A stretch of DNA of 32,000 bases from NCBI RefSeq assembly GCF_000013905.1, contig NC_007969.1, positions 540,001 through 572,000 on the forward strand, in the 5' to 3' direction. The position numbers were made by a program, and so were the translations under genes. Below the pieces are notes generated by a model. It was not told the DNA's origin, ran no database searches, and saw nothing but the letters and a program-made list of their open reading frames with translations. This document shows positions 18,352-25,935 of the stretch, piece after piece. Position 1 is the first letter of the stretch. Each line of letters starts with the position of its first letter. Origin of the DNA: Psychrobacter cryohalolentis K5 (GTDB lineage Bacteria; Pseudomonadota; Gammaproteobacteria; Pseudomonadales; Moraxellaceae).

Positions 18352-19521
18352 ATGACTCATTTAAAAACACCCCTAGCAGCGTTGTTATTCGCCCTTACTA
18401 TTGGTAGCGCGTCTACATTGTATGCGGCGCCCGATGACAGTGCTATTGCTGAAGACAGCGTTTCGAACACGCAAAATCGCAGTGTGGAAGACTTAGTGGC
18501 TATTGCAAAAGCCGCTGAATCCAATGAAGCTATTAATGATGCTGTTTTAGGCAATGAGGCGATTAACGAAACCATACTCGGTAATGAAGCTATCAATCCT
18601 AATGCATCCAATAATGAGGGTGTGGCAGAGGCAAATGCGACCAAACGTCCCCCTGTTACATCAACTGCTGACAGTGTCGATGCGGACAAACTGATTTTAA
18701 ACAATCCTGTCATTGACCAAGCTAATATCTTAAACCCACAAGAGAAGCAGCGCTTAGAAGCACAGCTACGTACAATTTATCAGCAAGGTTTGGCACAAGC
18801 AGCAGTGGTGATTGTCCCAACTACCAATGGCATGCCTATCTTTGATTATGCCTTGCAAGTTGCTGAAAAATGGCAGCTGGGTAGTAAAGACATCGATGAT
18901 GGTTTGCTTGTGGTTGTCGCTGTCAATGACCGTGATATGTATATATTGACAGGTTATGGACTCGAAGGTGTACTGCCAGATGCGGCGGTCAATCGCATCA
19001 TTCGAGAGGATATTACCCCGTTATTTAAGCAAAATAATTATGGAGCAGGGATATTGGCAGGCGTAACAGCCTTACAAAGTCGTTTATCTGCTGATCCTGA
19101 AGTGCTTGCTCGTGCCGATGCGCAGGCAGCTGAACGTACTACCCAACAAGGCTCAGACGAGCTGCCATCTCCTATTTTTCTATTCATCATGGCGATGATA
19201 TTTGGTAGCTTTATTACCAGTATATTTGGTCGAGTATTCGGTTCTGTACTGACGGCCGGTGGTTTTGTTGCAGGCTCACTAGCATTGGGCGGTGGTCTAT
19301 TTATGACCATCATTATGGCGATATTTTTATGGCTGTTCTTGATTTCACGCGGTGGCGGTAAAGGCGGGTCTGGCGGCGGTAAAGGAGGTAGAGGCGGTGG
19401 TATGATATTCCTACCGGGTATGGGCGGTGGCGGTGGCTTCGGCGGCGGCGGTTTTGGTGGTGGCGGCTTCGGCGGTGGCGGTGGCGGTTTTGGTGGTGGC
19501 GGCGCTGGCGGTTCTTGGTAA
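18352..19521 (+). CDS. TPM-domain (YgcG-like) membrane protein with N-terminal 10-aa repeats and a Gly-rich C-terminal tail
   Basis: Signal peptide. The TPM core runs from about PVIDQANILNPQEKQRLEAQL to GYGLEGVLPDA. Two to three TM helices follow (IFLFIMAMIFGSFI..., LFMTIIMAIFLWLFLI), then a GGGGF-repeat tail ending GGSW. It follows lemA, as in many proteobacteria. Confidence 0.8.
   Translation: MTHLKTPLAALLFALTIGSASTLYAAPDDSAIAEDSVSNTQNRSVEDLVAIAKAAESNEAINDAVLGNEAINETILGNEAINPNASNNEGVAEANATKRPPVTSTADSVDADKLILNNPVIDQANILNPQEKQRLEAQLRTIYQQGLAQAAVVIVPTTNGMPIFDYALQVAEKWQLGSKDIDDGLLVVVAVNDRDMYILTGYGLEGVLPDAAVNRIIREDITPLFKQNNYGAGILAGVTALQSRLSADPEVLARADAQAAERTTQQGSDELPSPIFLFIMAMIFGSFITSIFGRVFGSVLTAGGFVAGSLALGGGLFMTIIMAIFLWLFLISRGGGKGGSGGGKGGRGGGMIFLPGMGGGGGFGGGGFGGGGFGGGGGGFGGGGAGGSW
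18523..18609 (+). repeat. Three imperfect 30-nt tandem repeats encoding NEAINxxxLG
   Basis: AATGAAGCTATTAATGATGCTGTTTTAGGC / AATGAGGCGATTAACGAAACCATACTCGGT / AATGAAGCTATCAATCCTAATGCATCC. They are in frame in the TPM gene, starting at codon 58. Confidence 0.85.
19347..19518 (+). repeat. GGC/GGT-rich low-complexity tract encoding the poly-Gly/GGGGF tail
   Basis: Read directly: reiterated GGCGGTGGCGGT/GGTTTTGGTGGTGGCGGCTTC units. This tract also produces the spurious antisense poly-Pro ORFs in the track. Confidence 0.9.
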
Positions 19522-19612
19522 GCATTAGCCCGTTGTTTTTCAGTGGCTTCATAGCTACCTAGTAAAGACACTAAATAACCATTAGTAATGACGTACTTGA
19601 GGAAATAGTATC

Positions 19613-20137
19613 ATGGCAGAGAATAACGCTTCAAAATCCAGCTTTGCCCGCTGGTGGCGCCAAGTCTTATTTATCCCCGTTTTGCATAGTAAATGGTTAA
19701 CGCCCACGGCAAAAGCTCGGTTGACAGAGCGGGTGACACTTGCTGAGCAAGGTCACCGCGGCGAGGTATTTTTGATCGTAGAAAATCATTTGCCTATTCA
19801 AGAGGCCTATCATAGCGACTGCCGTGACCGTGCGATTGATTTATTTAGTGAGTATCGAGTATGGGACACCGAAGAAAATACTGGTGTGCTGATATACGTC
19901 AATGTTTGCGAGCACAAGCTTGAAATCGTCGCTGATCGCGGTATCAGTGCCCATGTTAGCCCAACAGTTTGGCGCGCAATGTGTGACAAAGCGGTAGTCG
20001 GTATTGCCAATCAGAAGACAGAAGAAAGCTTGACTGAATTGCTCGATGAGGTTGGTCAAGTACTGCGCCAGTATTATCATCTGGAGCAAAACCCATCAGG
20101 TAATGAGTTGTCTGATACGGTGGTTTTTTTAAAATAA
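19613..20137 (+). CDS. TPM-domain family protein (second TPM gene of the lemA cluster)
   Basis: 174 aa. The pattern GHRGEVFLIVE...RDRAIDLFSEYRVWDTEENTGVLIYVNVCEHKLEIVADRGI matches the small TPM-type proteins usually found third in lemA clusters. SD GAGGA. Confidence 0.65.
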   Translation: MAENNASKSSFARWWRQVLFIPVLHSKWLTPTAKARLTERVTLAEQGHRGEVFLIVENHLPIQEAYHSDCRDRAIDLFSEYRVWDTEENTGVLIYVNVCEHKLEIVADRGISAHVSPTVWRAMCDKAVVGIANQKTEESLTELLDEVGQVLRQYYHLEQNPSGNELSDTVVFLK

Positions 20138-20228
20138 ACCCTTACGGCCATCAGCATGAAAGATTACACTAAACACTTATCGCTATATTTAATAAATAAC
20201 CGATATACAACGCCAATACTGGAATATT

Positions 20229-21227
20229 ATGATTGATCTAATAAAAAGACTGCCAAAAGCAGAACTGCATTTACATATTGAAGGCTCGCTCGAGCCTGAG
20301 CTTATGTTTAGATTGGCAAAAAAGAACCAGATAGAGATTCCTTATAAAGACATAGAAGATGTGCGTAATGCTTATAACTTTACCAATCTGCAGACGTTTT
20401 TAGACATCTATTATGCCGGTGCCAATGTCTTGATTACGCAGGATGATTTCTACGATTTGACATGGGAGTATATTCTCAAATGTGTCGAAGACAATGTCAT
20501 TCATACAGAGATATTTTTTGATCCGCAGACGCATACGGCAAGAGGCGTGACGTTTGAGACAGTCATAACAGGCATCAAACGTGCACTGGCTGATGCCAAA
20601 GCACAATATGGTATTACTTCTTGTATTATCATGTGCTTTTTACGGCATTTATCACAAGAAGAAGCGTTTGAGACGTTAGAGCAAGCATTACCATTTAAAG
20701 ACGATATTATCGGTGTCGGTTTAGATTCTTCAGAATTAGGCAATCCGCCATCGAAGTTTATAGAGGTATTTAAAAAGGCAAAAGAGGAAGGCTTTAAGTT
20801 GGTTGCCCATGCTGGCGAAGAAGCGGATTTCTCTTACATTTATGAAGCGTTAGATTTATTGGATATCAGTAGAATCGACCATGGCGTGCAATCTATCAAA
20901 AGCGCTGAGCTGATGCAGCGTCTAAAAGATGAGCAGATGCCGCTCACCGTATGCCCGAATTCTAATATCGAGTTGAGAGTATTTAACAATTATAAAGAGC
21001 ACAACATCAAAGAGCTGCTAGATTATGGTCTAAATATCACTGTCAATTCAGATGACCCTGCTTATTTTAAAGGCTATATCAATCAGAACTTTATTAATAT
21101 CAGCGAGAATTTGCCACTGACAGAAGACGATATTATCACCTTGGTAAAGAACTCTTTTAGATCGTCATTTATCAGTGATGAGCTAAAGCAGCAGTATTTA
21201 AATAGAGTCGATCAAGCGGTAGGCTAA
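20229..21227 (+). CDS. add: Adenosine/adenine deaminase (amidohydrolase superfamily)
   Basis: Metal-binding HLHIEGS near the N-terminus, plus AHAGEE, IDHG and NSDDPAYF blocks. At 332 aa it fits the short adenine-deaminase-like subgroup; substrate is not assignable from sequence alone. Confidence 0.85.
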   Translation: MIDLIKRLPKAELHLHIEGSLEPELMFRLAKKNQIEIPYKDIEDVRNAYNFTNLQTFLDIYYAGANVLITQDDFYDLTWEYILKCVEDNVIHTEIFFDPQTHTARGVTFETVITGIKRALADAKAQYGITSCIIMCFLRHLSQEEAFETLEQALPFKDDIIGVGLDSSELGNPPSKFIEVFKKAKEEGFKLVAHAGEEADFSYIYEALDLLDISRIDHGVQSIKSAELMQRLKDEQMPLTVCPNSNIELRVFNNYKEHNIKELLDYGLNITVNSDDPAYFKGYINQNFINISENLPLTEDDIITLVKNSFRSSFISDELKQQYLNRVDQAVG

Positions 21228-21243
21228 TGGGATGCCAGTTATA

Positions 21244-22044
21244 TCATAGTATGCCCATTCTTTTTACCAACTCTGGCAGGATGGCACCAGCTTTTGCTGC
21301 CAGAGTAATATCGACTAGCGTATTTGGTGTCGGATAAGGATTTATCTCGATAATTTTGGCACCGTTATGTTTTGCCAGTTGTGCCAATCCAGCAGCGGGA
21401 TAGACGAGGCTGGAAGTACCGATACTAATAAATACATCACAATTCGCGGCAGCTTCCTCTGCTGTCTGCCATGCCCGCATCGGTAACGACTCTCCAAACC
21501 ACACAATATCAGGTCTGATATAACCATCACAATGCTGGCAAGTCATTAGAGCTTCATCAAAGCTGATGCTATTCTCGCTGTCATAAGCGCTTTTTAATTG
21601 GATTGTGTAAGGTGTCTGACATTGACTGCATCGATTACGCCATAGATTGCCATGCAGGTGGGTAACAGCGCTGCCTGCTTGCTCATGCAAATCATCGACA
21701 TTTTGAGTAATGAGGGTCAGTTGCTGATTAGTCGATTGACTGTGATACTGCCATTGCGCTAATGCTGTATGGGCAGGATTGGGTTTTTTACTAGCCACGA
21801 GCTGTCTGCGCCATTGATACCATGACCAAACCAGCTTTGGATCACGGGCGAAGGCATCTGGTGTCGCCAAGTCCTCAGCCCGATAATTTTCCCACAAGCC
21901 AGTTTGCTTATCACGAAAAGTCGGAATGCCGCTTTCTGCTGAAATCCCTGCGCCAGTTAAAAGGCAAATATGCTGTTTCGATTCTAATAGTTCAGCAGAA
22001 CGCTCTACTTCTTCTATTAACGCTGATGATAATTCTGCTAACAT
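21244..22044 (-). CDS. cobB: NAD-dependent protein deacylase (sirtuin, CobB type)
   Basis: GAGISAESGIPTFR, QNVDDLHE, catalytic HLHGN, Zn ribbon CSQC...CQHC, IGTSSLVYPAA. Confidence 0.9.
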   Translation of the reverse strand: MLAELSSALIEEVERSAELLESKQHICLLTGAGISAESGIPTFRDKQTGLWENYRAEDLATPDAFARDPKLVWSWYQWRRQLVASKKPNPAHTALAQWQYHSQSTNQQLTLITQNVDDLHEQAGSAVTHLHGNLWRNRCSQCQTPYTIQLKSAYDSENSISFDEALMTCQHCDGYIRPDIVWFGESLPMRAWQTAEEAAANCDVFISIGTSSLVYPAAGLAQLAKHNGAKIIEINPYPTPNTLVDITLAAKAGAILPELVKRMGIL

Positions 22045-22079
22045 AAGCTAACCCTTGCTAATAATGGATATCCTTTCTT

Positions 22080-22439
22080 ATGATAGACGGAATTTGGTGG
22101 CTTGTCATATTGATGGCAGTTATCGTTGGATTATGGTTTTTTGCAAAATCACGTGCACCAAATAACTTGCATGATACAAAGTCAAGAGATAAGAAAAAAC
22201 CGATAAATGACGCCTTACAAAAGACGGCGGAGATGATTAAGCAGTATTTTCCTGATTATCGAGTGACACGAAAGGGCAGTCATTTGCTGGTTACTCGACA
22301 AAATATAAAAATCGCGATGATTACGATCGACCCCAAGCTTGCTGCTAGTCAACGCCGTTTGGGTGATATACCAGTGATTAATTATCAGCGTGTACCTAGC
22401 CGTGCGCAACTGGATGCCAATTTGCAAGAGGCAGAGTAG
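22080..22439 (+). CDS. Hypothetical membrane-anchored protein (119 aa)
   Basis: ORF only. It has an N-terminal TM helix (IWWLVILMAVIVGLWFF) and a basic soluble domain. I recognise no family, there is no clear SD, and the start is uncertain. Confidence 0.4.
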   Translation: MIDGIWWLVILMAVIVGLWFFAKSRAPNNLHDTKSRDKKKPINDALQKTAEMIKQYFPDYRVTRKGSHLLVTRQNIKIAMITIDPKLAASQRRLGDIPVINYQRVPSRAQLDANLQEAE

Positions 22440-22628
22440 ATTGGTACGAATATTTAGCTAGGAGAAGTAACACTCCGTCATAAGTCAGCATAAAATGGAA
22501 TTAACAACAATATATACAACATTTTATAGTTATTAACAGACGAGCTTATTAATGATAAAAACTTCAAGGTTTTTTTAAATGGTCTTATAGATTTGAGGTA
22601 GTGCTGAGAAATGGCGAAATACGATGAT

Positions 22629-22705
22629 TGGTGCGCTCGGCGGGAATCGAACCCACGACCCTCGGCTTCGGAGACCGATACTCTATCCAACTGAGCTACG
22701 AGCGC
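22629..22705 (-). tRNA. tRNA-Arg (anticodon CCG), CCA encoded
   Basis: The reverse complement is GCGCTCGTAGCTCAGTTGGATAGAGTATCGGTCTCCGAAGCCGAGGGTCGTGGGTTCGATTCCCGCCGAGCGCACCA. It folds as a cloverleaf: 7-bp acceptor stem, D arm GCTC/GAGT, anticodon stem TCGGT/GCCGA with loop CTCCGAA, T arm GTGGG-TTCGATT-CCCGC. Confidence 0.95.
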
Positions 22706-23003
22706 AAAAGTGCCTAAAAATAAAGACCGCTTAGTCTAACAAATAAAAGTCATAAAGCCAATGAATGAAGCCCGCTATTGAGGTTTTTTAAGAAAAAACA
22801 GCATAGTCCGCAAACAGGCATGGCAATCTACCCGTCTTTTCCCTTATAATGTCAGGGAGAATCCATATTTATAATCACCGATTACAAGTGCGCTCGCATG
22901 CGGGATGGCTGTTTGCTATTGACAACGGTTTGTTGTCAAAGGAGGACAGACAGAATGTCTAAGTCATGCTGACCCTTGTATACGTAATAAGAGAACGTGA
23001 CGA

Positions 23004-23681
23004 ATGAGAAAAGTAGTTATGTTATCGGCAGCTGCCATTCTAGGAATCGCTAGTATCGCTGTGAGCCAAGCTGAAAGTGCTATAGATACACCCGTTACTA
23101 TATCTGCTGTCGCAGAAGGCAAAGAGGTTGTCGAAAATGCCCCTCAAAAGCTAGGTGATGAGCCTCAAGCGGCGGCTGACACCACGGATGGCGCTGCTTC
23201 TGCTGATGCAACTGCACAAGCAGACGCGACAGCAACAGATGCACCAGCCGAGGCAACTGCGGCAGCCGCACCAGCTGCTGTCGAAGAGCCAATTCCACAA
23301 GATACGCCGCAAGTACAAAAATTGATTGCGTTATATCCAAATCTGATTGCTCGTATTCAGCCTGTTGCCAAAATATGTTTTGAAGAAGATGAAGTTTGTG
23401 ACGTGACGGCTCGTTCTGCTGGTCCAGCTGCAGGCGATGGTCCTCGTGATGGTAAAGCAGTCTATAACGCGGTATGCCAAACTTGTCATGCGTCAGGACT
23501 GCTTGGCTCTCCTAAGTTAGGTGATGCGGGTGCTTGGGGACCTCGTATAGCAAAAGGTAAAGATACCCTATATACCCATGCTATCAATGGTTTCAATGCT
23601 ATGCCTGCCAAAGGCGGCGCAGATATTCCTGATGAAGAAGTGCAAAATGCCGTTGATTATATGGTTGGTGAAGCCAGCTAG
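23004..23681 (+). CDS. Cytochrome c5-like mono-haem c-type cytochrome with a long low-complexity linker
   Basis: Signal peptide. An Ala/Thr/Asp/Glu-rich linker of about 110 aa follows. The C-terminal domain carries CQTCH haem attachment and an NAMPAKGG Met-ligand block, as in cytochrome c5. Confidence 0.8.
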   Translation: MRKVVMLSAAAILGIASIAVSQAESAIDTPVTISAVAEGKEVVENAPQKLGDEPQAAADTTDGAASADATAQADATATDAPAEATAAAAPAAVEEPIPQDTPQVQKLIALYPNLIARIQPVAKICFEEDEVCDVTARSAGPAAGDGPRDGKAVYNAVCQTCHASGLLGSPKLGDAGAWGPRIAKGKDTLYTHAINGFNAMPAKGGADIPDEEVQNAVDYMVGEAS

Positions 23682-23734
23682 TTTTTATTGCTAAGGTACT
23701 TTAATATCGCACTTTAAAAGGCAATAAATAAAAA

Positions 23735-23767
23735 GCATCTATCTCATAGTGAGGTAGGTGCTTTTTT
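23735..23767 (+). terminator. Rho-independent terminator after the cytochrome gene
   Basis: GCATCTATCTCA-TAG-TGAGGTAGGTGC (12-bp stem, two G.U) followed by TTTTTT. Confidence 0.7.
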
Positions 23768-23920
23768 ATATATGATTGATAGGACTCATGTCGTCGTTAT
23801 AATATTCCACCGTTGAAATAGCTTCCCTTCAGCCTCACATTAATACACTACAGCAACGATTATAAGAATTGGCATGCTGATACAGCATTTTTTAGATTAA
23901 TCATTCATAAAGAGGTATTC

Positions 23921-24868
23921 ATGTCTGAAGTACCAGCACTATCGATTCAGAATTTATCCAAAACTTATAGCAACGGATTTTCGGCATTAAAAGATGTCAG
24001 TCTTACGGTTCCGCAAGGGGGATTTTTTGCGTTACTGGGACCAAATGGTGCTGGTAAGTCAACGATGATTGGTATCATTAGCTCGCTCTTTAAACCAACA
24101 GCGGGTAGTGTCCATATCTTTGGTACGGACTTGTTATCTGATCCCTCAAAAGCCAAGCAATTTTTGGGCGTAGTACCGCAAGAGTTTAACTTTAATCAGT
24201 TTGAAAAAGTTGAAGATATTCTTATTACTCAAGCAGGCTATTTTGGCATTGCAGCAAAGGAAGCAAAACCGCGTGCAGAGAAGTTGCTCAAAGCTTTGGG
24301 ACTTTGGGACAAACGTGACAGCAAATCGCGTGAGCTCTCAGGTGGTATGAAGCGTCGATTGATGATTGCACGGGCGCTCATACATAAGCCACGTCTATTA
24401 ATATTGGATGAACCGACTGCTGGTGTAGATATTGAGCTACGCCGCTCAATGTGGGAGTTTATGGAGCAGATTAATATTGAGGAAAACACCACCATTATTT
24501 TAACTACGCATTATCTTGAAGAAGCTGAGCAGCTGTGTAAGCGTATCGCGATTTTGGATCACGGTGAAATTCGTATCAATACTGAAATGAAAGACTTGCT
24601 TGCGCAGTTATCGGTTGAGACTTTTGTCTTTGATGTGGCGACTCCGTTAACACATCAAATAGTATTAACTGGTGTGACGGATGTCGTGCAGCCGGATGAT
24701 TTGACGATTGAGGTGACATTGACAGAAGGTGAGTCGTTAAATGGTGTCTTTACTCAATTGTCTGAGCAAGGTATTACGGTCGCGAGTATGCGTAATAAAG
24801 CCAACCGCTTAGAAGAGCTGTTTATGCGTCTGGTAGATAAAAGCCTACATGAACCTTTAAGCTCGTAG
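23921..24868 (+). CDS. yadG: ABC-2 type transporter ATP-binding protein (YadG-like)
   Basis: Walker A GPNGAGKST, signature LSGGMKRR, Walker B LLILDEPTAG, H-loop TTHY. SD AGAGG. Confidence 0.85.
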   Translation: MSEVPALSIQNLSKTYSNGFSALKDVSLTVPQGGFFALLGPNGAGKSTMIGIISSLFKPTAGSVHIFGTDLLSDPSKAKQFLGVVPQEFNFNQFEKVEDILITQAGYFGIAAKEAKPRAEKLLKALGLWDKRDSKSRELSGGMKRRLMIARALIHKPRLLILDEPTAGVDIELRRSMWEFMEQINIEENTTIILTTHYLEEAEQLCKRIAILDHGEIRINTEMKDLLAQLSVETFVFDVATPLTHQIVLTGVTDVVQPDDLTIEVTLTEGESLNGVFTQLSEQGITVASMRNKANRLEELFMRLVDKSLHEPLSS

Positions 24869-25047
24869 CTCTTTAGCATTAGCTACCTTTGAAAGTTGGG
24901 CTTTATAACAAATTTTTATGAATAATAAGACCGTATTAATAAGTCTTCATTCAACATGTATATTAAATAGAATAATCAGATAGGCAACTCTGTTTACACT
25001 AGAGACTATTTACTCTAGCAAGCATAGGCGCTTAGGAGAGATACCGC

Positions 25048-25821
25048 ATGAACTTTGCACAACGCTGGATTGCATTTCGCACTATTTTGGTTAAAGAAGT
25101 GCGCCGGATTCTACGTATTTGGCCGCAGACGTTATTGCCGCCAGTCATTACCATGAGCCTGTATTTTGTCATCTTTGGTAAGATGATTGGACCACGTGTG
25201 GGTGAAATGGGCGGTGTGCCGTATATGCAATTTATCGTGCCTGGTTTGATTATGATGGCAATCATCACTAACAGCTATTCTAATGTGGTCTCAAGCTTTT
25301 TTAGTGCCAAATTCACCGCCAGTATTGAGGAGCTTTTGGTCTCGCCCGTATCAAAACATGCTATTTTGATGGGCTATATCAGCGGTGGTATTTTCCGCGG
25401 ATTAGCGATTGGTATCATTGTCTCGATCGTGGCGCTGTTCTTTACTGATTTGGGTATTGAACATTTATTTGTGACCATATTTACTGTCCTTGGCACCTCT
25501 ATTCTGTTTTCATTGGGCGGCTTTATTAATGCTGTATTTGCCCGCTCTTTTGATGATATCTCCATTATTCCAAGTTTTGTATTAACGCCGTTGACATATC
25601 TTGGCGGGGTGTTCTACTCGATGGAAAACTTATCACCATTTTGGCAAAATATCTCATTATTGAACCCAATCGTTTATATGGTCAACTCATTCCGCTACGG
25701 GATTTTGGGCTATTCTGACGTCAATGTCTGGTATTCAATGGGTGCTATTTTTGCTTTTTGTGCGATATTTTATACCATTGCCTATCGACTATTAAGTGAC
25801 GGCTCGCGCGTACGTCTGTAG
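25048..25821 (+). CDS. yadH: ABC-2 type transporter permease (YadH-like)
   Basis: 257-aa protein with six TM helices. It is colinear with E. coli YadH as I remember it (MQFIVPGLIMM, FDDISIIPSFVLTPLTYLGGVFYS, LNPIVYM). Strong SD AGGAG. Confidence 0.85.
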   Translation: MNFAQRWIAFRTILVKEVRRILRIWPQTLLPPVITMSLYFVIFGKMIGPRVGEMGGVPYMQFIVPGLIMMAIITNSYSNVVSSFFSAKFTASIEELLVSPVSKHAILMGYISGGIFRGLAIGIIVSIVALFFTDLGIEHLFVTIFTVLGTSILFSLGGFINAVFARSFDDISIIPSFVLTPLTYLGGVFYSMENLSPFWQNISLLNPIVYMVNSFRYGILGYSDVNVWYSMGAIFAFCAIFYTIAYRLLSDGSRVRL

Positions 25822-25935
25822 GAAGAATAAGGTTTATATAAATCTTTCATCCCGTTCGAGCACTTGAACTGGTTAATAATCTTACTAAAACTTTAAATGT
25901 TATTTAATTTCAATCATTACTATTAGGAAATACCA

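Noticed and set aside
19038-19571. 177-aa minus-strand ORF encoding poly-Pro/Lys (PPPPKPPPP...), and the overlapping 79-aa ORF at 19313-19552
   Set aside because: They are the antisense reading of the GGC/GGT-rich Gly tail of the TPM gene. A low-complexity mirror artefact fully explains them, and the sense gene has clear homology and an SD.
20229-21227. Adenosine deaminase as a RADAR-like (RdrB) defence component
   Set aside because: It is a 332-aa canonical purine-salvage deaminase. It is far smaller than RdrB, has no adjacent RdrA-like ATPase, and is convergent with its neighbour.
21244-22044. SIR2-family protein as a possible anti-phage NADase (Thoeris ThsA, DSR, SIR2-HerA type)
   Set aside because: The protein is a compact 266-aa sirtuin with complete CobB catalytic and Zn-ribbon motifs. 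It has no fused SLOG, TIR, helicase or other effector/sensor domain and no partner gene. It is a housekeeping deacylase.
22478-22690. 70-aa minus-strand ORF
   Set aside because: It overlaps tRNA-Arg(CCG), and its N-terminal part is just the translated tRNA sequence.
22440-23003. A tRNA-Arg-adjacent genomic island
   Set aside because: There is no integrase, no direct repeat of the tRNA 3' end visible elsewhere in the window, and the flanking genes are ordinary housekeeping genes.
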